From Thermodesulfobacteriota bacterium (lineage in GTDB: Bacteria > Desulfobacterota > Desulfobacteria > Desulfobacterales > C00003060): DNA of 64,000 nt. The stretch's first letter is position 1. Each line of letters begins with the position of its first letter. The stretch spans positions 129,906 to 193,905 of the forward strand of contig JAXHVD010000005.1 of assembly GCA_034189385.1 (NCBI GenBank). The letters run 5' to 3'. Positions 1-9,876 of this stretch are shown one piece after another. Under the pieces are notes generated by a model that did no database searches, was not told where the DNA came from, and was given only the letters and a program-made list of their open reading frames with translations. The translations under genes were made by a program, and so were the position numbers.

Positions 1-25
1 AAGTTCATGACCGGGGAGGGAGCCT

Positions 26-508
26 ATGCCTGAATTCACCCATCTCGACGAAGAAGGAAAGGTTCGCATGGTCGATGTGTCAGAAAAGCCGGAAACGGCT
101 CGGGAGGCTGTGGCCCAGGGGGTCGTTACCATGAAGCCTGAGACCTTTGAGCTGATAAGGGACCAGAAGGTGAAAAAGGGAAATGTGCTGGAGGCCGCCC
201 GTATTGCAGGGGTAATGGCTGCAAAAAAGACGGCAGACCTTATTCCCATGTGCCATCCCCTTTCCATTACCTACGTGCAGGTGGACTTTCATCCTGACCC
301 TGAGACCCACAGCATGAGAATAGAATCGGCTGTCCGTGTGCGAGGTCAGACCGGTGTGGAAATGGAGGCCCTTGCGGCAGTCGCTGTAGCGGCCTTGACG
401 ATTTACGATATGTGCAAGTCCTACGACCGGGCCATGACGATTACAGATGTCTGCCTGAAGAAGAAATCAGGGGGCAAGAGCGGGACCTTTGTGAGGGAGT
501 CGTTGTGA
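26..508 (+). CDS. moaC: Cyclic pyranopterin monophosphate synthase MoaC
   Basis: Motifs THLDEEGKVRMVDVSEK, LIPMCHPL, TGVEMEAL, IYDMCKS and KKSGGKSG; GGAGG-type RBS upstream. Confidence 0.96.
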   Translation: MPEFTHLDEEGKVRMVDVSEKPETAREAVAQGVVTMKPETFELIRDQKVKKGNVLEAARIAGVMAAKKTADLIPMCHPLSITYVQVDFHPDPETHSMRIESAVRVRGQTGVEMEALAAVAVAALTIYDMCKSYDRAMTITDVCLKKKSGGKSGTFVRESL

Positions 509-1290
509 AGGAGGCCGTGACCTACCATGTGTCTGAATTTGTAGACGACGGCCTTAAAGAAGCTGAGGTGACGGCCATTCAGGAAGTCCCCTTGACCGTT
601 TTTCTCAACAATCACGAGGTCGTCACGCTCCTTTGCACGGGAAAGCACCCCAAATACCTGGCCTTGGGATTCCTGAAGTCTGACGGGCTGATCACGGACC
701 TAAAACAGGTGCAAGAAGTTCTCGTGGATGAAGAGAAGGAAAGGATCAAGGTGTATGTCAAGACATCTCATGAGTCCTTCGAGCTTCCACGCCTGGGCCG
801 GTCCATTACCTCCGGATGTGGAAAGGGGACCAATTTTGAGCAGAACATGGAGACGATTGCTGCCACCAAGGTTACTTCAAAACTGACCATCTCGCCTCGG
901 CAGATCCTGGCATTGGCATCTGAACTCCAGAAGAGATCCACCCTCTACCAGAGGACCAGGGGGTGCCACAATGCCTCCCTTTGCACAGCGCAAGAAATGC
1001 TCCTCTTTCGTGAAGATATTGGCAGGCACAACGCCATTGACATGATTTGTGGCCAGTGCTTCTTAGATGGGATTTCTACAGATGACAAACTCATCGTGAC
1101 GACCGGGCGGATAGCCTCAGAGATCCTGTTAAAGACCTTGCGACTCGGGGTCCCTATCCTTGTGTCTGGTTCGGCTGCCACACGGCTCTCCATCGATCTG
1201 GCGAGAAAGACCAACATCACCCTTGTGGGGTTGGTGTGCATGGGACGGATGATTATCTACAACAGCGGCGGCAGAGTAAGAGGACTATGA
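505..1290 (+). CDS. fdhD: Formate dehydrogenase accessory sulfurtransferase FdhD
   Basis: QEVPLTVFLN, LALGFLKSDG, TSGCG, TRGCHNA, REDIGRHNAIDM and TTGRIASE; GTG start overlaps the moaC stop (GTGA). Confidence 0.9.
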   Translation: MKEAVTYHVSEFVDDGLKEAEVTAIQEVPLTVFLNNHEVVTLLCTGKHPKYLALGFLKSDGLITDLKQVQEVLVDEEKERIKVYVKTSHESFELPRLGRSITSGCGKGTNFEQNMETIAATKVTSKLTISPRQILALASELQKRSTLYQRTRGCHNASLCTAQEMLLFREDIGRHNAIDMICGQCFLDGISTDDKLIVTTGRIASEILLKTLRLGVPILVSGSAATRLSIDLARKTNITLVGLVCMGRMIIYNSGGRVRGL

Positions 1291-2525
1291 CGGGAAAGGA
1301 GTTTTTCAAGGTCGCCTCCCTTGATGCAGTACTGGAACGGATACGTACATTTCCGGCTGTTGACGAAGAGCTGCTGCCTCTGGACCAGTCTGTGGGCCGG
1401 ATTTTGGCCCAGGATCTGTTCTCCAGCATTGATCTCCCCGAATTTAAGCGTGCCACGATGGACGGCTACGCCATCCAGGCGAAATCCACCTTTGGTGCGT
1501 CAGAGAGTATGCCCGCCCTCTTTACCATCATAGGCTCTGTTGGTATGGGAGAAGTGCCCACGGTTTCTGTAGACCCCGGGCAGGCCGTGCACATTGCCAC
1601 AGGGGGCATGCTCCCTCGTGGGGCAGACAGTGTGGTGATGGTAGAACATACCCAACGCCTAGATGAGCAGACCCTTGAAGTTTTTAAAAGCACGGCCCCC
1701 CTGCAGCACGTCATGGAGGTAGGCGAAGACCTCACAAAGGGAGAAAGGATTCTTTCAAAGGGGATTGTCATCCGTCCCCAAGAAATGGGGGTCTTGGCAG
1801 CCCTTGGCCAGTCCCAGGTGCCGGTGTACCGGAAGCCTGTTGTGGCCATCGTCTCTTCTGGCGATGAAATTGTGCCCATAGAGCAAGCTCCCGGTTTGTC
1901 TCAGTTGCGTGATGTTAATGCCTATACTCTTTCCGGCCTTGTTCGCACCTCAGGGGGGATTCCCTTTTATGTGGGAATTGCCAAGGACCACTTTGCTGAA
2001 CTGGATCACCTCTGCCGTAAGGCCCTGTCCCGGGCCGATATGGTCCTAATCTCAGGTGGCAGCTCGGTGGGGACCCGTGATTTCACCTTGGAAGTACTTC
2101 AGGGGCTTCCAGACGCAGAGATCCTGGTGCACGGCGTCTCCGTGAGCCCCGGAAAACCGACCATCTTGGCTCGAAGCCAAGATAAGCCGGTATGGGGCCT
2201 CCCAGGGCAGGTGACCTCTGCCATGATCGTCTTTCACGTCATGGTGCGAGCGGCCCTTGAGAAGATAGGCGGACGCAAGGAAGACGAGCTGGGAAAGCGG
2301 CAAGAGGTGCCGGCCATGGTGAGTCGTAATATCGCTTCGGTACAGGGCAGGGAAGACTATGTGCGCGTGAGGCTTGTCCGTGAGGGAGAAAACCTGATTG
2401 CTGAACCTATCCTTGGAAAATCCGGGCTCCTTCATACCATGGTCAAGGCCGACGGACTCATCAGGATAGAGAGGGACTCAGAAGGGTTGGACAAGGGAAG
2501 CCCGGTAGACGTGATACTCCTCTAG
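1287..2525 (+). CDS. moeA: Molybdopterin molybdotransferase MoeA (gephyrin-like)
   Basis: ATMDGYAI, IATGGMLPRGADSVVMVE, SSGDEI, SGGSSVG, PGKPT and GLPGQ; ATGA overlap with fdhD. Confidence 0.94.
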   Translation: MTGKEFFKVASLDAVLERIRTFPAVDEELLPLDQSVGRILAQDLFSSIDLPEFKRATMDGYAIQAKSTFGASESMPALFTIIGSVGMGEVPTVSVDPGQAVHIATGGMLPRGADSVVMVEHTQRLDEQTLEVFKSTAPLQHVMEVGEDLTKGERILSKGIVIRPQEMGVLAALGQSQVPVYRKPVVAIVSSGDEIVPIEQAPGLSQLRDVNAYTLSGLVRTSGGIPFYVGIAKDHFAELDHLCRKALSRADMVLISGGSSVGTRDFTLEVLQGLPDAEILVHGVSVSPGKPTILARSQDKPVWGLPGQVTSAMIVFHVMVRAALEKIGGRKEDELGKRQEVPAMVSRNIASVQGREDYVRVRLVREGENLIAEPILGKSGLLHTMVKADGLIRIERDSEGLDKGSPVDVILL

Positions 2526-2619
2526 GAGATTCTTCCCCGGTCAACACACTTGACCCCTCGACTGCTTGACTCCCTGAACCCTTGTGATCACAACGATAAG
2601 ATCACACCATCCAAAGTAA

Positions 2620-5600
2620 CTATTCTTGTTCTTGTTTAGCCTCCTTGCCCCGTTTTTCCAGACGAAGCTTTAGCCCCATGAGTAAATCCCATTCAATGGG
2701 GACGATAAAAAGCGTCAGAAAGGTGGCTGTGCAAAGGCCAGTGACAAAGGTGGATGCCATGGCGCCAAAGACAAGGGAATAGCTGGGGATGCCAAGGGCC
2801 ATGGGTAAGAGACCGAGGGTGGTCGTCAGGGTCGTTAGGAGAATGGGCCGGAGTCGAATGCGGATTCCCTCACGGATGGCCTCACGCCGTGACATGCCGC
2901 TTGCGTAACGTTTGTTGATGAAGTCGATAAGGACAAGGGAATCGTTCACTACCACACCGGTGACACCCACCATGGCGATAAAGCTGTTCACCGTGAAGAG
3001 TCCCTGGGTGACGAATTTGCCCAAGACTACGCCTACAAGGGAAAAAACCACGGCAGACAAGATAATAAGGGGCTGTAGATAGGAACGGAACTGCGTGGCG
3101 AGGATCAGATACATCACGAGCAGGGCCACGAAGAAGGCATAGGTCAATGAGATGTACGATCGCCGAGTGTCTTCGAATTCCCCGGAGAAGTCAATCTCCG
3201 CACCTGGATAATCCCCTTTGATTTTTCCATAGTACGTGCCGATGGCATTGACTACTGCCGGTGTGGATGTGGGTGCCCCCGGGTCGACGTTGGCTGTGAG
3301 TGTGATGGCGCGGTTATTTTGGAACCGATCCAGCCTGTTGGACTCCATGTAGGATTCATTTCTGGTCAGGTCGCCCAGACGAAGGGGGCCCGATGGGTGT
3401 TGCACAAGAGGCACCAAAAGGGCTGATTCGGCCGAACCCAGATAGCTTTTGTCTATTTTGAGTTTAAGATCCACGTCTTCGTCAAAGGCACGGAACTCAC
3501 CTACAAAACGTCCGTCTAGGACGGAGCCGGCAAGCTGGGCCACAGCAAGGGGTGTGAGGCCGTATTCGGCGGCCCGCTCCTCATCTACATCAAAGCGGTA
3601 CACCCGATTCGGGCGCCCTTTGTTGTCGTTCAAATCTTCAAGAAAGGGAGAAATCGTCTCATCGTCCCGTAAGAAGGCATAGATGTCTTGTGCAAGGGCC
3701 TGGACAGCATCCGGGTTTGGCCCGACTATCCGGACGTTGATATCCTTGCCGGTAGGGGGGCCCCCTTTCTCTGCCCTCACGCGGAGAGTCCACCCGTCTG
3801 TCTCGAAAGGGGCCAGTTGTTTGCGCACATACTCTAGATGAAGAACAGGATCGTTTTTATGGTTTTCCGGAAAATCCTGTTCTTCCTTTGAGGGCATTTC
3901 CACGATGATGTTGCCATTGTTGCTTCCAAAGACTGGCTGGTAGTCTTCGTTGACGAAAAACCCTGCCATGGCTGTGGCGGATTTGAGCTGGCCTGGTCTG
4001 CCCGGCAGAATAAATTCGGTGATCTCCTTGAGTTTTTGGTTTGTGGCTTCGATAGGAGTGGCCACAGGACCTTCTACCTCTATGTAGTAATAGGTATACT
4101 CGTCGGGGAAGAACTTTATCTTGATCAAGGGGAGTTTTCCAGACACAGAGACAAGGAGGATGGCCGCAGAAAGGATAAAGGCCAGCAGAACAAGGCCAAG
4201 GCTGGTAAACCGGTAGCGGAGGGTGAACTGGACTATCCTGTTGGTTCCTTTGAGCAGCAGGTTCATGAATTGTCCTTGCTTGCCGGTGCCATGGTTGTCC
4301 TTGGCTCGCCTTTCCGCAGACTTGGCACCCGGCCAATCTGCGAAGTGGGATGGGAGAATGATGAGACATTCAAAGAGGGATGCTGCAATAGCTGCCGAGA
4401 TGGCAATGGGGATTTGGGCGAAGAACTCCCCTGTGGAGCCGGACATGATCAGCATGGGGAGAAAGGCTGCCACCGTGGTGGACGTGGCCGCAATCACGGG
4501 GCCGGCCACCTCAGACGCGCCGTTCACCACGGCCTCCTTGAGGGGGCTCCCCTCCTGGACGTGGCGATAGATGTTTTCTATGACCACGATGGCGTCGTCC
4601 ACGATGATACCCGTTACCAGGACAAAGGAGAAAAGCGTGATCTCGTTCAGGGAGTTCTTGGTAAACCACATGAAGATCATGGTCACCAGGAAGGAAAAGG
4701 GGATGCCGACTACAGTGAGAACAGCATTGCGCAGACCCATAAAGAAGAAGATAAGGACACTGACAAGGCAGATACCCACGAGCAGGTTTGTCCCAAGGGT
4801 TGATATGGAATCGTTTACATTTATGCGCTGGTCCTGGGTGAGCACCACTTCCACCTGTTCCTTGGCGAGAACCGGCTTGAACGCTTCTACCACCTTTTCC
4901 ACGGCTGGCAGGATGTCCAGAACATTTCCATCCCGAGTTTTGATAACCTTCAGGGTGACGCAGTCCTTGCCGTTTACGGAGGTGATGACATAGGGGTCGC
5001 GGTAGGACATGTGGGCGTCATGCATGACTTGGCCGACCTTGACAAAGGAGCCGTCACTGTCCCGACGGATGATGGTGTCGGCCACCTGCTGGCGGGAGCG
5101 GTACCGCTCGTCCACCACAATGACGAACTCGCCCGTTCCATTGGTATAGTCACCGGCTGGCACAGAGATGTTGGACTCCAAGAGGGCCGCGGCCACCTCG
5201 TCAAAGGTCACCCCGTATTTGTCAAGAAGACGGGGATTCAGATTCACATGGTACTCGCGGGCATATTCTCCATTGAGTTCCACTTCCTTTACACCGGGGA
5301 TCTGACGGAGGTGGAGTTTCATCTCCTCAGCCATGAGCACGAGGGGTCGGTTCGATCTGTCGCCCACCAAGTTAACGGCCACTGCAGGAAGCCATTGGTC
5401 CACGTTGATCTCAGTAAAGGCCGGTGGGTCCACCTCTTTTGGTAGCTCCTTCATGATGCTCAGGACCTTAAGACGCAATTCATCGAAGAGCGTGTCGTAG
5501 TCCGTGTCGTCGATAAACTTGACGGTGATGGACGAGCGTTCCCGGTAGGAGGTGGATTGGATGAATTCCACGGACTCAAGGTCGTCCAGGGCCTCTTCGA

Positions 5601-5802
5601 TTTCGTGGGTGACCAGAGCTTCTACTTCTTCGGGCGAGGCACTGGGAAAGATGGTGGTGATTTCCACCTTTCCCATGTGGACGTTGGGATAACGCTCTAC
5701 TGGAAGGTCAAAGAGAGAAAACAATCCTACTGCCATGGAAAGGAGAAAGAGGAGATTGACCAAGACGCTCTGTTTGAGGACATAACGAAAAAACGGTTTC
5801 AT
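2620..5802 (-). CDS. RND efflux transporter permease (AcrB/AcrD/AcrF family)
   Basis: 1060 aa; LPVERYP, GIIVDDAIVVIENI, GVVVNDSLVLIDF and RLRPILLTTLTT; two transmembrane bundles. Confidence 0.95.
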   Translation of the reverse strand: MKPFFRYVLKQSVLVNLLFLLSMAVGLFSLFDLPVERYPNVHMGKVEITTIFPSASPEEVEALVTHEIEEALDDLESVEFIQSTSYRERSSITVKFIDDTDYDTLFDELRLKVLSIMKELPKEVDPPAFTEINVDQWLPAVAVNLVGDRSNRPLVLMAEEMKLHLRQIPGVKEVELNGEYAREYHVNLNPRLLDKYGVTFDEVAAALLESNISVPAGDYTNGTGEFVIVVDERYRSRQQVADTIIRRDSDGSFVKVGQVMHDAHMSYRDPYVITSVNGKDCVTLKVIKTRDGNVLDILPAVEKVVEAFKPVLAKEQVEVVLTQDQRINVNDSISTLGTNLLVGICLVSVLIFFFMGLRNAVLTVVGIPFSFLVTMIFMWFTKNSLNEITLFSFVLVTGIIVDDAIVVIENIYRHVQEGSPLKEAVVNGASEVAGPVIAATSTTVAAFLPMLIMSGSTGEFFAQIPIAISAAIAASLFECLIILPSHFADWPGAKSAERRAKDNHGTGKQGQFMNLLLKGTNRIVQFTLRYRFTSLGLVLLAFILSAAILLVSVSGKLPLIKIKFFPDEYTYYYIEVEGPVATPIEATNQKLKEITEFILPGRPGQLKSATAMAGFFVNEDYQPVFGSNNGNIIVEMPSKEEQDFPENHKNDPVLHLEYVRKQLAPFETDGWTLRVRAEKGGPPTGKDINVRIVGPNPDAVQALAQDIYAFLRDDETISPFLEDLNDNKGRPNRVYRFDVDEERAAEYGLTPLAVAQLAGSVLDGRFVGEFRAFDEDVDLKLKIDKSYLGSAESALLVPLVQHPSGPLRLGDLTRNESYMESNRLDRFQNNRAITLTANVDPGAPTSTPAVVNAIGTYYGKIKGDYPGAEIDFSGEFEDTRRSYISLTYAFFVALLVMYLILATQFRSYLQPLIILSAVVFSLVGVVLGKFVTQGLFTVNSFIAMVGVTGVVVNDSLVLIDFINKRYASGMSRREAIREGIRIRLRPILLTTLTTTLGLLPMALGIPSYSLVFGAMASTFVTGLCTATFLTLFIVPIEWDLLMGLKLRLEKRGKEAKQEQE

Positions 5803-5805
5803 GGC

Positions 5806-6849
5806 TTAGGGCTCCGGCCGGACTTTGAATCTCTCACCCGGTTTGACCTCTGCCGATCGGACCCGGGAGGTGTTCTGTGGCCCATGGTCAAGGAGCACCA
5901 CGCGGACTTGCTCGCCATCTTCCCGTGTAAGCCACAATGCCTCATAGCGCTCTGATAGGGCTGAAGTGGGCACCAGGACCGTGCCCGAGCCGTCTGGAAC
6001 CTCCAGGACAAGGACGGCCCGCAAGCCCCCCCGCATATGCGAGAGCCCCTCTTGAACGGAAAGATCCACGCTTATCTTTCGGGTCTCGGGATCAAAGGCC
6101 GGGGAGATCCGTTCAAGTTCGGCCTCAAGAAGGGTTCCTTCCTGACCCTCGTCCGGAAAGCGGAGTTTGGCAGGTCCACGCAACCTTCTCACCGCATTGT
6201 ATTCCTCCGGTGAAAGGGAAAAGGGGACAAGGAGCTTGCGAAAGTCCCCGGCCTTGCCAAGAAGGGCGCCAGCCTGCACCCATTGGCCTGGCTCCACCGT
6301 GCGCTCTGTAATGGTCCAGCCCGTGGGGACGCGGATGATATGACGCTCCCTCCGTTCCTTGAGATGGGCTTCTTCTGTCTTGAGGGTTTCTAGCTCAAAT
6401 CTGGACTGATCCACCCTGTTCTGGAGTTCGTCCAGTTTGGATTGGGCAGCGCTCTCGCGGCCCACGAGCTCCTCAAATCGACGGACCTCCTTGATCTCAT
6501 AAGTGATCCTGTTTTCCACCCGCTCTTGATCCACCCGATTTTTCTCAATGGAAAGATCCATGAAGGTAGTGTCCAGGACACAGAAGATGCCGCCTTCGCC
6601 AATGGTGTCGCCCACATCGGCCGCCACCTTCACACATCGGTCAGATTCCTCGCTCACAATATCCATGACGTGCCTGGCCCGGGTGTAACCGATAAGGGTG
6701 ACCTGGCGCGCGGCAGGCCTGGCCGCAAAGATACCGCCTTCCACCCAGGACTTTTCCGCTTCGTCGCTTGCCCAAAAGGGCACAGGGACGAGCACGGGAG
6801 TCAAAAGGGAGATAAGGCCAATGAGCGTTCCCTTCATAACACCATTCAT
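5806..6849 (-). CDS. RND periplasmic adaptor (membrane fusion protein)
   Basis: N-terminal hydrophobic anchor, lipoyl halves (ADVGD, VEPGQWV), coiled-coil hairpin and ISPAFDPETRK; adjacent to the RND permease. Confidence 0.88.
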   Translation of the reverse strand: MNGVMKGTLIGLISLLTPVLVPVPFWASDEAEKSWVEGGIFAARPAARQVTLIGYTRARHVMDIVSEESDRCVKVAADVGDTIGEGGIFCVLDTTFMDLSIEKNRVDQERVENRITYEIKEVRRFEELVGRESAAQSKLDELQNRVDQSRFELETLKTEEAHLKERRERHIIRVPTGWTITERTVEPGQWVQAGALLGKAGDFRKLLVPFSLSPEEYNAVRRLRGPAKLRFPDEGQEGTLLEAELERISPAFDPETRKISVDLSVQEGLSHMRGGLRAVLVLEVPDGSGTVLVPTSALSERYEALWLTREDGEQVRVVLLDHGPQNTSRVRSAEVKPGERFKVRPEP

Positions 6850-7460
6850 AACAGATCCTTTCCGCCTCCCCGAAGGGTGAAGGCAAGGGCCTTTTCAACC
6901 ACCTGGTCCACCCTCTCTTCAGGGAGAAATCGAAACTGCTCTTTGATGAGAAGCAATGAGAGGCCGTGGAGGGAGGCCCACAGGGCAATGGCCAGGGTCT
7001 GGGCATCGCTTCCCGAAAAATAGCCTGCATCCAGGCACTGCTGGACGTGTGCCACAAATTTTCCCAGAGACTTCAGGGCCACCGATTCTTCAGCGCCCTC
7101 GGGCTGCTTGATGATCTCCTTGGTCCCGAACATGAGTTCATAGAGTTCCGGATTTGCCACTGCAAAGGCCACGTAAAGGCGGCTCCCTCTCTTCACCCGC
7201 TCTATCGGGTCCGGGATCTCTTCCAACTCCATTTGCATGGCAAGAAGCCGTTCAAAGCCCTGAAAGCAGAGCTGGAGCATGATATCTTCCTTGTTCTCGA
7301 AATACCGGTAGATCGTTCCCGCGCTGTATTCTATCTGACGGGCTATGCGGCGCATGGAGACGGCTTGGTAGCCCCCTTTTGCGAACATGCCCATGGCCGC
7401 CTCGAGTATCCGCTGCCGCATCTTCTGCACGTCCCGCTCTTTCCGTTCCTTAATACCCAT
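6846..7460 (-). CDS. TetR/AcrR family transcriptional regulator
   Basis: RQRILEAAMGMFAKGGYQAVSMRRIARQIEYSAGTIYRYFENKE HTH; WASLHG C-terminal motif. Confidence 0.95.
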   Translation of the reverse strand: MGIKERKERDVQKMRQRILEAAMGMFAKGGYQAVSMRRIARQIEYSAGTIYRYFENKEDIMLQLCFQGFERLLAMQMELEEIPDPIERVKRGSRLYVAFAVANPELYELMFGTKEIIKQPEGAEESVALKSLGKFVAHVQQCLDAGYFSGSDAQTLAIALWASLHGLSLLLIKEQFRFLPEERVDQVVEKALAFTLRGGGKDLL

Positions 7461-7468
7461 GACAGGTT

Positions 7469-7506
7469 ATCATAATGAACGCTGTTCAGTTTGTCAACAG
7501 CGTTCA
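7469..7506 (-). promoter_or_regulatory. sigma70 promoter with an overlapping palindromic operator for the tetR-MFP-RND operon
   Basis: Minus strand reads TTGACA-N17-TATGAT, 8 nt before the ATG; TGAACGCTGTTCA palindrome and an inverted AACAGCGTTCA overlap it. Confidence 0.75.
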
Positions 7507-7618
7507 GCATGGGGCTTTCCCCTTGACACAGAGCCCTTCATCTCCTATGGTCCAATCCCTCAACTTTTTGCCTTCCCTCAGTAGGAGTACGAGCGCCGCC
7601 TTTTGGGTTGGTGGGTTT

Positions 7619-7645
7619 GTCATTCCGGCGAAAGCCGGAATCCAG
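7619..7645. repeat. REP-like palindrome (left), GTCATTCCGGCGAAAGCCGGAATCCAG
   Basis: Internal hairpin ATTCCGGC-GAAA-GCCGGAAT; 26/27 inverted match to 7949-7975. Confidence 0.9.
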
Positions 7646-7656
7646 GGAGCGCAGTG

Positions 7657-7948
7657 GTGAATAAACAACCAGCTGTCTATATCCTGGCAAGCAAACGAAA
7701 TGGTGACGCTATATGTCGGTGTCACTTCAAATCTCGTGAAGAGAATATGGGAACACAAAAACAATATGGTGGAAGGATTCTCCAAACGATACAATGTTCA
7801 TCGACTAGTCTGGTATGAATTACACGATAGCATGGAATCCGCTATAATCAGGGAGAAGAGGATAAAAGACTGGAAGCGAAAATGGAAATTGGAATTGATT
7901 GAGAGTCGTAATCCTGATTGGCAAGATTTGTATTATGTGATTGCTTGA
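7657..7948 (+). pseudogene. Small GIY-YIG nuclease with a +1 frameshift near 7705
   Basis: VNKQPAVYILASKRNG in one frame continues as TLYVGVTSNLVKRIWEHK...AIIREKRIKDWKRKWKLELIESRNPDWQDL after one extra G. Confidence 0.88.
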
Positions 7949-7975
7949 CTAGATTCCGGCTTTCGCCGGAATGAC
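7949..7975. repeat. REP-like palindrome (right, inverted)
   Basis: CTAGATTCCGGCTTTCGCCGGAATGAC immediately after the GIY-YIG stop codon. Confidence 0.9.
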
Positions 7976-8049
7976 GGTGTTGCTAAGAAGACCTTCTCCC
8001 ACGGCAGGAGGGGAAGGGTGTGGGAACAGAAAGGATTTCAGAGAATATC

Positions 8050-8664
8050 ATGGGCTTGTTGTCTCGCAGTGTCTCCATCACCCGTTATAAGGTTCAGGGA
8101 AAACTCAAAGAACCTGTTCTTGAGACCATGGCGTCTTGCCTTAAGAAGCATGCTATTCGAGAAACAGACGAAGATGTCTCAGACAAGACCGTGGGGTGGA
8201 CCTCATATGACAGGCCTTATGCCCCGGATTTTTCAGGGTCTTCCTTTAATATAGGGACCTATTTTGTCTTTTCCTTAAGGACAGACAAAAGGACCATCCC
8301 TCCGAAAATGCTTAAGAAACACTGCGCCATAGAAATGGCAAAGCGCCTGGCGCGCATTGACCGGCCCTATCTGTCGAGCCACGAAAAGGACATGATAAGG
8401 GACGACGTTACCAGTTTTCTCAGGCGACGCATCCCGGCCACACCCTATGTCTATGACATCCTATGGAGCTATGAAGAAGCTTTCTTGTGGTTCTTCACCA
8501 CGCTTAAGTCCGCCAACGAAGACCTGGAAACCCTCTTTCTAAAGTCCTTTGAAATGCCGTTGATCCGGCTCTTTCCCTACACCACGGCCGATCTTGCCAT
8601 GGGCCTTTCAGCGCGGGACCGAGACGCTCTCCTTACCCTTTCCGCCACCACTTTCACGGGGTGA
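8050..8664 (+). CDS. RdgC-like recombination-associated protein (first gene of a pair)
   Basis: MGLLSRSVSITRY...VGWTS...FSLRTDKRTIPP...LFLKSF pattern recalled from deltaproteobacterial RdgC-like proteins. Confidence 0.7.
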   Translation: MGLLSRSVSITRYKVQGKLKEPVLETMASCLKKHAIRETDEDVSDKTVGWTSYDRPYAPDFSGSSFNIGTYFVFSLRTDKRTIPPKMLKKHCAIEMAKRLARIDRPYLSSHEKDMIRDDVTSFLRRRIPATPYVYDILWSYEEAFLWFFTTLKSANEDLETLFLKSFEMPLIRLFPYTTADLAMGLSARDRDALLTLSATTFTG

Positions 8665-8668
8665 CCCC

Positions 8669-9193
8669 ATGCTTGATGTCTCAATCTCCTATAACCGATA
8701 CAAATTTTTAGGCCACGAGTTCCTTACCTGGCTATGGTTTGTCATGGAAAAGGACCCGCAAAGGATCAAGGGACTGGACCAGGAGCCTCTGGCTCTTCGT
8801 ATTGGAAACCGCATGGTCCTTGAAAACAGAAGAGGAGATGCCCTGGAAAGCATCACCATCAAAGGGGATGACGCTGGTCTTGAAGAGGGCCTTCTGGCGT
8901 TGAGAAAAGGGGCCGTAGTCACAGAGATGAATCTCCTCTATGAGGCAGGAGACAACCAATGGCAGTTTACGATCAAGGGAGAAAGCCTGCACCTGGTAAG
9001 TTTCAGGTGCCCCCAAACAGGTCCTGTGGAGACTGAAGAAGATGTAGAAGGGGCCGTCCTTGAAAAGGCCTATCTCTATGAGAAAGCCATTCAGCTAACC
9101 GATAAACTCTACAAGGAATTCATCACCCTGAGGGTCTCAGACCAGTGGACCAAGAAGGTGGTTCCCCGCATGAAAAAGTGGATCCATTCCTGA
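8669..9193 (+). CDS. Conserved partner of the RdgC-like gene (C-terminal-half-like)
   Basis: FLGHEFLTWLWF and EGLLALRKG motifs; 4 nt after the upstream stop. Confidence 0.65.
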   Translation: MLDVSISYNRYKFLGHEFLTWLWFVMEKDPQRIKGLDQEPLALRIGNRMVLENRRGDALESITIKGDDAGLEEGLLALRKGAVVTEMNLLYEAGDNQWQFTIKGESLHLVSFRCPQTGPVETEEDVEGAVLEKAYLYEKAIQLTDKLYKEFITLRVSDQWTKKVVPRMKKWIHS

Positions 9194-9368
9194 GGGGTTC
9201 AATCTCAGCGCTCTTTGCCTTTCGGCTCCGAGCTCAAGGCCGAGGGGCGTCTTTGCGGTGAGCATATTCCCTTGTCCCCAAAACCGGTCTAACCGTATCA
9301 TTCTCTTACCCTAGATCCTTCCATTTTCCCCAAGCGGCGAAGGTTAACGCACCGAAGACTCCAACACC

Positions 9369-9408
9369 TTGACCTTCTGCACGAAATGTAATACTATTAC
9401 CAGTAATA
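9369..9408 (+). promoter_or_regulatory. sigma70 promoter and palindromic operator of the vapBC module
   Basis: TTGACC-N17-TACTAT; GTAATACTATTAC and TATTACCAGTAATA inverted repeats over the -10 element. Confidence 0.7.
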
Positions 9409-9429
9409 CTCAACACTGGAGGTTTCGTC

Positions 9430-9657
9430 ATGAGAGTAACCACAAAGGGTCAGGTCACGATACCCCAGCAAATCCGCGAAAAATTGGGGATAACCCCGGC
9501 AACAGAAGTTGATTTTGTCGAGGAAGAAGGCCGTGTATTCTTGGTGAAACGAAAAGGGAAAAAAGCTGTCAACCATAGATTCGCAAGGCTGCGTGGCGTT
9601 GCAACTGTCAAGATGACGACAGATGAGATCATGGCCTTAACGAGGTCTGACAGATGA
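9430..9657 (+). CDS. AbrB/MazE/SpoVT-family antitoxin (VapB-like)
   Basis: MRVTTKGQVTIPQQIREKLGI...MTTDEIMALTR. Confidence 0.9.
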   Translation: MRVTTKGQVTIPQQIREKLGITPATEVDFVEEEGRVFLVKRKGKKAVNHRFARLRGVATVKMTTDEIMALTRSDR

Positions 9658-9675
9658 AGTCCCTGAGACGTCGAA

Positions 9676-9842
9676 CCTCTCCTTTTCCCTAACGGCAGGT
9701 GTGTCGAGACTTGCCCCCGGATTCGGCAACAGAGGGATGGTGAAAGGTATTGGAGGCCAAAGAGAAGCGAATTTTCCCATCCCGAGGCTTCCATCGCATA
9801 GAAAAGACACAAACCAGCCCACTGCGGTTTTCTAGAAACCTC
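9676..9842 (+). repeat. Internally deleted, inverted copy of the ~0.4 kb structured element (compare 49004-49389 and 55920-56366)
   Basis: GGCAACAGAGGGATGG is joined almost directly to AGGTATTGGAGGCCAAAGAGAAGCGAATTTTCCCATCCCGAGG; these match the two ends of the reverse complement of the long copies. Confidence 0.8.
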
Positions 9843-9876
9843 TGTTTACTTTTTGTTTTTATTTCGTGCCAGAAAA

